From: Acidimicrobiia bacterium
Lineage (GTDB): Bacteria > Actinomycetota > Acidimicrobiia > IMCC26256 > PALSA-555
Length of the DNA: 35,707 nucleotides
Direction: 5' to 3'
Assembly (NCBI GenBank): GCA_040902705.1
Contig: JBBDWT010000201.1
Coordinates: forward strand, 5,488-41,194
Both the position numbers and the translations under genes were made by a program. Below, in pieces: positions 9,516 through 18,305 of this stretch. Under the pieces are notes generated by a model, which searched no databases, was not told the DNA's origin, and saw only the letters and a list, made by a program, of their open reading frames with translations. Every line of letters begins with the position of its first letter. Position 1 is the first letter of the stretch.

Positions 9516-11114
9516 GTGTCTCGTTCCGTGGCTGGGTCGCAGGTCCTCCGAAGGCTCGTAGCGAACGCGCGCGCGACCGAGCGCTCGCGTTGGTGGACGA
9601 CGTTCCTGCTCGCGGCGTCCCTCAGCTCCCTCTGGCTGCTCGCGACACCGCTGTTCGGCGCACCCGACGAGCCGGCACACGCGATCCGGGCGGCGTCCGT
9701 GGCCCGGCTCCAGGTCGTGGGCGAAGAGGTCCCGACCTTCGAGGATCAGCTCGTCGTCGACGCCCCGAAGGGCTACGGGGACGCCAGTGGGTCGATCGCC
9801 TGCTACGCGTTCCAGCGCGACGTCCCGGTTGACTGCGCGTCCGTTCCCGACGACACCACGATCGTGCCGCTGCCGACGAGTGCGGGGCGGCATCCACCCG
9901 CGTACTACCTCGTCGCGGGCCTTCCGTCGCTCGTGTCCACGGATGCGCTCGGCGTCTACCTCATGCGCGTCGTCAGCGTCCTGATCACCGCGGCCTTCGT
10001 CGCGTCTGCGGTGTCCAGCCTCGAGCGCCTCCGTCGCCCCCGGGTGGGTGCGCTCGGGATCCTGCTCGCCGCGACCCCGATGATGTTCTTCGTCGGAGGC
10101 GTCATCAACCCGAGCGCGGCCGAGATCCCGGCTGCCCTGTGCCTGTGGGCCGCGGGGACCGTCCTCGCGATCGAGGCGCCGCGGCGGGTGGATCCGCGTC
10201 TGGTCCGGCGCGTCGGGGTCGCCGCCATCGTGCTCGTGCTGGCGCGCCAGCTCGCGCCGCTCTGGCTCGTGCTGATCGCCCTGGCGCTCCTCGCGGTCGG
10301 CGGGCGTGGCGCCGTACGCGCCCTCTGGCTCACCCGGAGCGCTCGGCGCTGGGCCGCCGGCATCGTCGCGGCCACGATCCTCCAGGGCGTCTGGATCCTG
10401 GCGGTCCGACCACTCGATCCGTCACTGGGCGACAGCGAGTCGATGAAGGGCCTCACCACGGGCTCCGCGCTGCGGATCTCGTTCGGCGAGTCGCTGAACC
10501 GGCTCCGAGAGATGGTCGGGTGGTTCGGGTGGCTGGACGCGCCGTCCCCGGGCCTGACCTACGCCCTCTGGGCCGTCGCCCTCGGGGCCCTGATCGCGCT
10601 CGCGATGGTCCTCGGGCGGCGCCGGATGGTGTTCGTCGCCGGCGCGGTCGCGCTCGCGACCCTCACCGCGCCGATCTTCTTCGAGACGCTCCAGGCCCAC
10701 CGGATCGGCTTCTTCTGGCAGGGCCGGTACTCGATGCCGCTCGCAGTCGGCGTCCCGGTGCTCCTCGCCCTCTCCGCGGCCATGGATGGCGACGACGGCG
10801 ACGATCCAGCCCACGCGCTCGCCCCCCGCGCGGTGCCGTTGCGCGTCGCCTGGCTGCTGCGCGGCACCGCGATCGCGGTCGTCGTGGCCCAGCTCGCGGC
10901 GTTCTGGCAGGCGTTGCGCCGCAACACCGTCGGCTACTCGGGTCCACTGGACTTCGTGATCGACCCGACATGGAAGCCGCCGGTACCGGCGTGGTTCCTG
11001 ATCCCCGCCTACCTGGTGGTCGTGCTCGCGTTCGTCGCCTGGGTCGGACACCCGACCGGCGGTGTCCGGGCTCAGCCGGAGCCGGCTCCCTCGGGATCGC
11101 TCAGGTACTCGTAG
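9516..11114 (+). CDS. DUF2142-family membrane protein (GT-C fold)
   Basis: Motifs PLFGAPDEPAH, AGRHPPAYY, GVINPS, FWQGRY; many TMs. GTG 9516 follows the upstream stop directly. Confidence 0.85.
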   Translation: MSRSVAGSQVLRRLVANARATERSRWWTTFLLAASLSSLWLLATPLFGAPDEPAHAIRAASVARLQVVGEEVPTFEDQLVVDAPKGYGDASGSIACYAFQRDVPVDCASVPDDTTIVPLPTSAGRHPPAYYLVAGLPSLVSTDALGVYLMRVVSVLITAAFVASAVSSLERLRRPRVGALGILLAATPMMFFVGGVINPSAAEIPAALCLWAAGTVLAIEAPRRVDPRLVRRVGVAAIVLVLARQLAPLWLVLIALALLAVGGRGAVRALWLTRSARRWAAGIVAATILQGVWILAVRPLDPSLGDSESMKGLTTGSALRISFGESLNRLREMVGWFGWLDAPSPGLTYALWAVALGALIALAMVLGRRRMVFVAGAVALATLTAPIFFETLQAHRIGFFWQGRYSMPLAVGVPVLLALSAAMDGDDGDDPAHALAPRAVPLRVAWLLRGTAIAVVVAQLAAFWQALRRNTVGYSGPLDFVIDPTWKPPVPAWFLIPAYLVVVLAFVAWVGHPTGGVRAQPEPAPSGSLRYS

Positions 11115-14100
11115 ATCCCCGACAGAGCCTTGTCCCAGCTGGAGTAGCTCTCGTCGATGTCGCGCAGCCCGCGCCCCGCGAGCGCACGGCGCAGCTCGTG
11201 GTCCAGCACGACGCGCTCGAGCTGGCGACAGAGGTCGTCGCTCGTTCGGCGGGTGAGCAGGCAGTTCTCGTTGTCGCGGAGCAGCCAGTGCCCGGCAGGG
11301 TTGTCGAACGCCACCACCGCGACGCCGGACGCCATCAGCTCGAGCGGCAGGTACGAAGGATGCTCGGAGACCGTGAGCGCCACGCCGACATCACAGGTGC
11401 GGTAGAGGTTGCCCGTCTCCTTGTAGTCGAGAAGTCCCAGGTGCTGGATTCCGGTGCCGACGTCCTCGGGCCGCGCCCACGAGCCGGCAGTGACGATTCG
11501 CACGCGATCGCCCAGGCGATCCTTGAGCTCTTCCAGCGCAAGCGACGCGAGCTCCCAGCAGTTCCGCCAATGCCCCGGTCGCGCGTACACGAACACGGTC
11601 ACCGGGTCGTCCGATGCGCGCTCGCGCCGACCGACCGCGTGAAACACGTTGCGGTCGACCGCGGGCACGAACGACGCCCCCTGGCCGCCGTAGCGACGGT
11701 AGAGATCGAGGAGGTTCTGGGTGTTGCAGAGGCCGTACAGTCCGAGCCGATAGCTCTCCTCGGCGAGGCCGTACATCGTCCCCGCGGCGTAGAACATCGG
11801 CTCGAAGTCCTGGACGAGATAGAACTTTCGCCTGGTGTTCGCGAAGTGCGCCGCGACGTACGCCGTCACCCAGAGCGTCGAGATCGAGATGTCGGACGCC
11901 GGGATCCCCGCGGCGGCTCGCAACGAGAGGTCGTAGTAGATCGGCGAATCCGCGAGCCCAGGAAAGGCGGCTGCGATCGCTGATCGATGAAAGCCCTCAT
12001 TGGCCCGCGCCCAGATGACGAACCGATTCTCGACGCCGTGGACGCGTGTCAGGTGGTCGGCGATGCGCAGTGCGGTGTTGATACCTCCGTAGAACGGACT
12101 GTCGAGCTCTGGGAGGAACCAGTTGATCGTCTTCGGGGCGAACGGCTCCGCGTTGTTCGCGTGCAGCTGATGCACCGCTTCGATCTCACTATCGGTGATT
12201 CGACAGCCCCGAGCGACGAGGTTGACCTCGCTCTCGTCCGTGGACTGGCGGAAGATCTTGATCTGTCGGCCGAGCGGCTCGGAGATTCGCGCCGCGGGGG
12301 TTCGTTCGAAGCGAGCACGGAGCGCGGGCACGCGACTCCCCAGCGACAAGCACGGTGAGAAGTACGGGTCGCCGGCAAAGATCCAACGTTGGTAGCGCCA
12401 GAAGCTGGCGAAGTAGTCCTCCGGAGGGACGTAGGTCCCGCGAGTCGCGGACTCGAGATGGCGAACGCCGCCGAACGGCGAGCACACGTTGCGCTTTCCG
12501 GCGAGCACCGCATCGAGACCGAGCACGACGTCGCTGCCGCAGAGTCGGAATCTCTCGTCGAAGCCGCCGAGGTCCTCGAACAGCGATCGTCGTATCGCGA
12601 GGCATGCAGCGGTGACCGACAGCACGTTGCGGTACCAAGTCGTCGATCCCAGGAGCGTTGGCGATCCGGGCGCCATTCCCTCGAAGAGGTGATCGGCGAA
12701 CCCGTTGAGCCCGAGGATGACTCCGCCATGCTGAATGCGTCCCTCTTCGTCGACGAGCTGTAGCCCGACCACACCGATCTCGGGTCGGCGCGCCCATCCC
12801 ACGAGCTCACGGAGCCAGGAAGGATCGGGGAACGCGGTGTCGTCGTTCACGAACACGAGCACATCGCCGCGAGCGCGAGCGGCGGCGGCATTGTTCACCG
12901 CCGAGTAGTTGAACTCTTCGTGCCACCACTCGACCTCGAGATCGAGGTCGGGGAACGACTCCGCGTACCACGCGGTGCGCTCGTCGGTCCGGCCGCCGTT
13001 GTCGACGACGATGACGTCGAGGCTCGGATAGTCGGTGTTGGCCACTCCTCCGAGTGACGACAGCAGCATCTCTGTGTTGTGTCGCGTCGGGATGATGATG
13101 GTGACGTGCGGCAGGTCTTCGTCATCCCACACGACGCGGACACACTCGCCCCCACCCTCGGCCCGTGCGCTCGCACCGATTCGATCGAGGTGACCCTGGA
13201 CGACGTCGACCCCGCGCGGCCCCACTCCGTCGACTCGGCGCCGAAGGTGCCCGAGCACATGTGGTATCCGCGCGACACGCTCGGACGTGAGATCAGCGCG
13301 GAGAAGGAGGTCCCACCACACATCTTCACCGAGGCCGGATCGCAGCCCACCCATCCCGACGAGCAGTCGACGTCGCAGTGCGAACGACCGCCCGAGGTAG
13401 TTGGCACCGAGCAGCATCTCGGGTGACCACGACGGCCGGAACCGCGGATCCGAGCGGCGCCCGCCGTCGAGTATGTCGTCGTCCCACGACACGAGATCGA
13501 CGAGCGGATCCGTCCCCGCGGCGTCGGCGATCCGAAAGCACGCATCAGGAGCAAGTCGGTCGCCGGACTCGAGGACGAGCACGAGTCCGCGCGGATCGGC
13601 ATCATCGAGCACCGCGTTCACCGCGCTGGCAGCGTCGCCGCCACCTCCCCGCACGAATCGGACGTGCCCATCGTCCCGCGACCACCCGACATTGGGTCCT
13701 ACGACGACGGCGCGCCAATGTGGCCACGTCTGCTGACGCAACGATTCGAGCGTCGACTGCGTGTCGCGTCGCGACCCCCGCGCCAGCACGATGCACGAGA
13801 CCGTGACGCCGTGCCGGGAAGTCTCCGCGAGGGCGCGCTGCTGGCTGAGCACCGAGGTCGACGCGTCGTGCTCGCGCAGGAAGCGACGGTACGAAGGCGA
13901 CCGGGGCTCGTGCAGACCGGCATCGTGGACGATGCCGCGAACCCGGTCGACGTAGTCCCGAGTCTCGCGGAGCGCATCGACGCTCGCTCGCGCTGCAGCC
14001 CGCTTCCGACCGCCCCGAGGAAGGAGTCGTTCGACGATCTGGCGCAGACGAGACATCGACATCGGCGCCAGCAGGTCGGGCGAGCGTGGCGTGGCCCCGC

Positions 14101-14674
14101 GCGCCTGGCGGCGTTCGGCGGCAAGTCGCCGGACGCGAACGTGGAGCTCGTGAGGCTCGCCCCGGCTGCCGCCACGGGGTGCGACAGCGTGGGCACCCAG
14201 CACGACTCGACGCGCCGTCCGCCACACCCCGAGACCGGGAGGGAGGTCGGGCGTCAGCTCGACCGGCTCGAGGACGCCGAGGCCGACCTGATCTGCGATG
14301 GCAGCGACATCACGTGGACCCGCGCACCAGGGGTCGATGGCCGCGCCGTAGGTCTCGCCGAACCACTCCTCCACCTCGTCGGTGTCGGACTCACCGTGGT
14401 TGAGCGCCTCGAGAGCTCCGGCGACGTCGGGAACGATGAAGGTGACCGAGGCACCGCTCGGAAGCCGCTCGGCGATGCGCTCGAGCAGGTCCCTTGCATA
14501 CGAAGCGCTGGTGCGCTCCAGACACGCCACGACGAGCAGCTCGTCGATGCTGTCCCCGCGCGCGTCGAGGAAGGCGAGCGCGGCCGCGCGCTCGTCGGCC
14601 GTGGACTCTTCGGAGAGCGCGACGGTGTACCAGCCTTCGAGGGAGGTACCGACGCCGGAAAGGACGACCCGCAT
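11072..14674 (-). CDS. multidomain glycosyltransferase: degenerate MTase-like domain + GT2 + GT2 + WsaF-like GT4
   Basis: GT2 motifs FRPSWSPEML, IIIPTR, FNYSAVNN, FVNDD, IQHGG, VTAACL. GT4/WsaF-like motifs FYGGINTAL, TLWVTAY, YLVQDFEP, VYARP..WRN, HPSYLPLELMA. Confidence 0.88.
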   Translation of the reverse strand: MRVVLSGVGTSLEGWYTVALSEESTADERAAALAFLDARGDSIDELLVVACLERTSASYARDLLERIAERLPSGASVTFIVPDVAGALEALNHGESDTDEVEEWFGETYGAAIDPWCAGPRDVAAIADQVGLGVLEPVELTPDLPPGLGVWRTARRVVLGAHAVAPRGGSRGEPHELHVRVRRLAAERRQARGATPRSPDLLAPMSMSRLRQIVERLLPRGGRKRAAARASVDALRETRDYVDRVRGIVHDAGLHEPRSPSYRRFLREHDASTSVLSQQRALAETSRHGVTVSCIVLARGSRRDTQSTLESLRQQTWPHWRAVVVGPNVGWSRDDGHVRFVRGGGGDAASAVNAVLDDADPRGLVLVLESGDRLAPDACFRIADAAGTDPLVDLVSWDDDILDGGRRSDPRFRPSWSPEMLLGANYLGRSFALRRRLLVGMGGLRSGLGEDVWWDLLLRADLTSERVARIPHVLGHLRRRVDGVGPRGVDVVQGHLDRIGASARAEGGGECVRVVWDDEDLPHVTIIIPTRHNTEMLLSSLGGVANTDYPSLDVIVVDNGGRTDERTAWYAESFPDLDLEVEWWHEEFNYSAVNNAAAARARGDVLVFVNDDTAFPDPSWLRELVGWARRPEIGVVGLQLVDEEGRIQHGGVILGLNGFADHLFEGMAPGSPTLLGSTTWYRNVLSVTAACLAIRRSLFEDLGGFDERFRLCGSDVVLGLDAVLAGKRNVCSPFGGVRHLESATRGTYVPPEDYFASFWRYQRWIFAGDPYFSPCLSLGSRVPALRARFERTPAARISEPLGRQIKIFRQSTDESEVNLVARGCRITDSEIEAVHQLHANNAEPFAPKTINWFLPELDSPFYGGINTALRIADHLTRVHGVENRFVIWARANEGFHRSAIAAAFPGLADSPIYYDLSLRAAAGIPASDISISTLWVTAYVAAHFANTRRKFYLVQDFEPMFYAAGTMYGLAEESYRLGLYGLCNTQNLLDLYRRYGGQGASFVPAVDRNVFHAVGRRERASDDPVTVFVYARPGHWRNCWELASLALEELKDRLGDRVRIVTAGSWARPEDVGTGIQHLGLLDYKETGNLYRTCDVGVALTVSEHPSYLPLELMASGVAVVAFDNPAGHWLLRDNENCLLTRRTSDDLCRQLERVVLDHELRRALAGRGLRDIDESYSSWDKALSGIYEYLSDPEGAGSG

Positions 14675-14740
14675 CGTGCGAGCAGCCTATCGAACTCCCG
14701 GACCGGAACGTTCTGCCGTGAGCAGCGGTAGATTGCGCGC

Positions 14741-14756
14741 TGTGACCAGCTTCACA
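14741..14756. promoter_or_regulatory. CRP/GlxR-type binding site TGTGA-N6-TCACA in a divergent intergenic region
   Basis: tgtga-ccagct-tcaca is a perfect consensus. Flanked by candidate -10 hexamers TAGATT (14729-14734, +) and TAGGCT (14684-14689, -). Confidence 0.55.
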
Positions 14757-14761
14757 GACCT

Positions 14762-16003
14762 GTGAGCGCAGCTCGAGAGCTCGCCAGTCGGGCGAAGCAG
14801 CGGCTGTTCCCGCGACGCGATCTCCCGTTCGCACACGCGGTCGAGGAACCCGCGCCGACCGACGCGCCGACGACACACTCGGTGCTCGTCAAGGGTTGGA
14901 TGGTCGCGCCGCGCGGTGCAGCCGAGATCGGGTTCGCGGTCGACCATGGAGGGCTCATCCCTCTTGGGACGGTCGAGCGTCCCGACGTCTCCGAGCGCCG
15001 ACCGCGCGGGCGCGTCATCGGGTTCCAGGGGCTCGTCGCGGTCGCCGACGCAACCGCCGGCAGCCCCTGGCAGCTCGTCGTGACCGTCGACGATGCGACC
15101 TACTTCCGACAGCTCCCGGTGACGATCGACACGAACGCCGCCGCGGCGTTCGAGACCCAGAAAGCAGCGAAGCTCGAGCGCATCGAGCCCTTGCTCCGCT
15201 GCCCGCGGCCCCGAGTCGACACACCGGATCGCCGATCGTGCCTGGGGGTGCTGACCCGTGCACGGTCGACGCTGACGTGCGCGCGCTGCGGCGCCCGATA
15301 CCCGCGCACGGAGCACAGCTTCGACTTTCTCAGCCGCGAGCTCCGGGGGATCGGGAACGTCGTCTCGACCGACGCGATCTCCAGTTGGGGCTACGACCCG
15401 ATTGCATCGTCGATCATCGACGCGGTCCCTGAGGGTCTGGTGCTCGACGCGGGGAGTGGGCTCAAGGCACACCCATTGCCGAACGTGATCAACCTGGAGA
15501 TCGCGAGCTATCCCACCACGGACGTGCTCGCGATCGGAGAGCACCTCCCGTTCGCCACCGACTCCTTCGATGCAGTGCTCTCACTCGCGGTGTTGGAGCA
15601 CGTGCGCGACCCGTTCCGCTGCGCGGCGGAGATCGCCCGCGTCGTGCGCCCAGGAGGACGGATCTACGTCGCCGTGCCCTTCCTGCAGCCGTACCACGGC
15701 TATCCGCACCACTACTACAACATGACCCGCAGGGGGCTCGAGCAGCTCTTCGACGACGACTTCGTGATCGACGCTTCCGGAACACCTTCGTACGGGCTGC
15801 CGATCTTCACACTCACGTGGTTCCTCCGTTCGTATCTCAAGGGACTTCCGCGCGAGACGGCAAAGCGGTTGGCCTCGATGCGAGTTCGTGACCTGCTCGC
15901 GGACGGCGACGACTACTTCGAAGAGCCGTTCGTCGGTCAGCTCTCGACCGTTGTCGAGGAGGAGCTTGCGTGCGCGAACTTCGTCCTGGCGACGAAGCGC
16001 TAG
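14762..16003 (+). CDS. class I SAM methyltransferase (Methyltransf_11-like) with N-terminal Ig-like domain and Zn-ribbon
   Basis: KGW...RPDV...GF domain; LRCP...C...LTCARCG; VLDAGSG, LPFATDSFD, AVLEHV, RVVRPGG, PFLQPYHGYP. Confidence 0.85.
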   Translation: MSAARELASRAKQRLFPRRDLPFAHAVEEPAPTDAPTTHSVLVKGWMVAPRGAAEIGFAVDHGGLIPLGTVERPDVSERRPRGRVIGFQGLVAVADATAGSPWQLVVTVDDATYFRQLPVTIDTNAAAAFETQKAAKLERIEPLLRCPRPRVDTPDRRSCLGVLTRARSTLTCARCGARYPRTEHSFDFLSRELRGIGNVVSTDAISSWGYDPIASSIIDAVPEGLVLDAGSGLKAHPLPNVINLEIASYPTTDVLAIGEHLPFATDSFDAVLSLAVLEHVRDPFRCAAEIARVVRPGGRIYVAVPFLQPYHGYPHHYYNMTRRGLEQLFDDDFVIDASGTPSYGLPIFTLTWFLRSYLKGLPRETAKRLASMRVRDLLADGDDYFEEPFVGQLSTVVEEELACANFVLATKR

Positions 16004-17154
16004 CGAGTCGCGACCACGAGCATCGACGGTCCTCGGGAATCGTCGGGACGATCGAACGCATCGGGAACCTCCACTGCGAATCCGAGCAGCTCGAGGCATG
16101 CGATCAGGTCGTCTCGCTCCATCCAGCCGCCGAGCGAGTCCGGACCCGCCGTGAACCCGTCGATGTCCAATGGATCGTGCTCGAACCGGTGGACGAGGAG
16201 CTGCCTCCCGAACAGGTCGCGCTCGACCGGGGGCCGCGCGAAGCGCTCTCGCAAGCACGGGTCGGCGTCGATGGTAGGTCCGTCGAAGTGACGCACCCAG
16301 AGGACGAGCCGATCCGAAGTCGGTGAGAGCGCCTCGAGGAAGGCGACGGGCTCGAGCTGATGATGCAGCACATCGATCGCAATCGCGAGGTCGAACTGTG
16401 GGGCGTTGGTGCGTAGGTATGCGCCGGGATCACCGAACAGGAACGTGGTCTTGCGCAGGCCGGCAACCTCCTTCAGCACGAGTGCGCGCACGTACGACGC
16501 CGGGTCACCCTCGACGCCGACGACCTCCGCGGCTCCCAGCCGCTCGAGCATGGCGCTGTGACAGCCTTCACCGGATGCGAGGTCGAGCACCCGTCGGTTG
16601 GCGACGCCACCGAGAGCGTCGACCCCGTGATCGAGTCGAGCGTCAGCGAGCTTCAGCTCGTCACCGTCGACGCGCGCGGTGCGCCATTCCCCGTCGAAGA
16701 TCGCCATCGGCGCGATGGTCGTCGGCGCATCGCGCCGGAACTCGGGCGCACGATGGCGACGGATCCGAAGCGGTGGCGCGTCGGCGATGTACTCACCGTC
16801 GCTGAGCTCGATGCGCGCACTCAGGATTTCGAGGCCGGCCGAGAGCGCAACGGGTACCTCGAAGCCGCCGACCACCACACCCTTCGACGACTCGAGATCA
16901 AAGGCTTCGACGACATCGGGACGAGGAACATCACAGGCGAAGGCGCGGTCCGTGCCGTCGCCGAGTCGGAGGACTCCTCGAATCGTCCGGCCTCGCGCCG
17001 AGGCGGCCCAGCCCGAGACGATGCACGCGCCGTCCCCGACGACCCAGCCCTCCGAGCCGGTCGGCCTCTCCAGGAAGGCGACGATCGGCGGTGGATCGAG
17101 CTCACTCGGGATGAGTCGGTGACCGTCGACGGCGCGGGTTGCGCCAACGATCAC
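16000..17154 (-). CDS. class I SAM methyltransferase (DUF1698/CmoB-like) with N-terminal Ig-like domain
   Basis: SGW...RPDV...GGF domain; RVLDLASGEG, VVGVE, FDL, VLHH..P. GTG 17154 overlaps the upstream stop; alternative ATG 17181. Confidence 0.78.
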   Translation of the reverse strand: MIVGATRAVDGHRLIPSELDPPPIVAFLERPTGSEGWVVGDGACIVSGWAASARGRTIRGVLRLGDGTDRAFACDVPRPDVVEAFDLESSKGVVVGGFEVPVALSAGLEILSARIELSDGEYIADAPPLRIRRHRAPEFRRDAPTTIAPMAIFDGEWRTARVDGDELKLADARLDHGVDALGGVANRRVLDLASGEGCHSAMLERLGAAEVVGVEGDPASYVRALVLKEVAGLRKTTFLFGDPGAYLRTNAPQFDLAIAIDVLHHQLEPVAFLEALSPTSDRLVLWVRHFDGPTIDADPCLRERFARPPVERDLFGRQLLVHRFEHDPLDIDGFTAGPDSLGGWMERDDLIACLELLGFAVEVPDAFDRPDDSRGPSMLVVATR

Positions 17155-18290
17155 GGACGCGGCTTGCGGGCCCACGCCCATGTGAACATGTCGGCCGAGC
17201 GACCACGAACGTCGACGAAGCCCGCACGCCGAAGATAGACCTCGAGCTCCTGAGGGGTCGACGACTTCGAGATGTTGGCCGGGCGGTCGAGGGGATGAAT
17301 GCCTTCGAAGTGCTCGAGGAAGAACTGCCAGCCGTCATCACCGAGCAGGGTGAAGTTGTCGACGTAGACGCGCCCGCCGGGCCGCAGGACGCGCATGGCC
17401 TCGCAGATGTACGCGAACCGCTCCCACTCGTCGAGGTGCATGAAGACCACCGTCGAGTAGACGAGGTCGATCGACTCCGATGCGATCGGTGAGAGGTCCC
17501 AACCGTTGAGCACGACCGTCTCGACGTTCTCGTGCCCACGGAGGCGTTCCTTCGCGTGCTCCAGCATGTTGACCGAGACGTCGGCGGCGATCCACCGCTT
17601 GCACACGGCGGCGAGGGCCGGCCCCACTCGTCCGACACCCGCGCCGATCTCGAGGATCACGTCGTCGGGCCCGACACCGACGGTCTGGCGGAGCGTGTCG
17701 ACCGTCTCCTGTGACGTGCGGGCGAACTGCTCCTCGTCCGTGTAGCCGGCCACCGCCACCTTGGCCGTGTCCTCTTCCTTTGCGACCGTGTCCCACACTC
17801 GTTGGTACTCGGCGCGTGCCGGCGTCGCGCCGGCAGCGGCGACCCGTGACGCTGCGCTCGGCAAGCGGTACGCGGGCGGCGGCGGCGGCGGACCCCGGTG
17901 GAACAGAAAGGTATCGCTGGTCCCCATCACGTCCCCGTCCGTGAACTGGACGGTCACCATGACCGGGTCATCGTCCGGGATCTCGAACGTGTGGTCGAAG
18001 CCGAGGAGCGAGCCCGACTCCTCGACGGAGAAACCGAGCGACGGAGGAACATCCGGACGTTCGATGGTGATCGGGAGCTCGTGCCGCTCGCAGCCACCGA
18101 CCGTTGCGAAGACCCGGCACTCCCGTCCACGCGGTGATGCCACCCAGCCGGAGACGCGCGCTCGGCGCGGCGAGTCGAAGACGTCGCATTCGGCGGGGCT
18201 CTCGACGAATGCGAAGAGCGCTCGCTCCGGCACTTCGTCGACCTGCAGCCGCCGGCCGCCGATCGCATGGGTCGCGTACAAGTCGCTCAC
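17151..18290 (-). CDS. class I SAM methyltransferase with N-terminal Ig-like domain; paralog of 3324..4427
   Basis: ILEIGAGVGRVGP, TVVFMHLDEWERF and NISKSSTP are identical to the paralog. Start uncertain (GTG 18290 or 18233). Confidence 0.82.
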   Translation of the reverse strand: MSDLYATHAIGGRRLQVDEVPERALFAFVESPAECDVFDSPRRARVSGWVASPRGRECRVFATVGGCERHELPITIERPDVPPSLGFSVEESGSLLGFDHTFEIPDDDPVMVTVQFTDGDVMGTSDTFLFHRGPPPPPPAYRLPSAASRVAAAGATPARAEYQRVWDTVAKEEDTAKVAVAGYTDEEQFARTSQETVDTLRQTVGVGPDDVILEIGAGVGRVGPALAAVCKRWIAADVSVNMLEHAKERLRGHENVETVVLNGWDLSPIASESIDLVYSTVVFMHLDEWERFAYICEAMRVLRPGGRVYVDNFTLLGDDGWQFFLEHFEGIHPLDRPANISKSSTPQELEVYLRRAGFVDVRGRSADMFTWAWARKPRP

Positions 18291-18305
18291 GGTAGCATCG
18301 GACTC

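Noticed and set aside
16000-16760. Methyltransferase 16000..17154 as a third pseudoenzyme
   Set aside because: Some motifs look divergent, but VLDLASGEG and the acidic residue after strand 2 are present; this cannot be called without an alignment.
17875-17891. (GGC)5 tract as a phase-variation repeat
   Set aside because: An in-frame triplet encoding a poly-Pro interdomain linker; slippage would not shift the frame.
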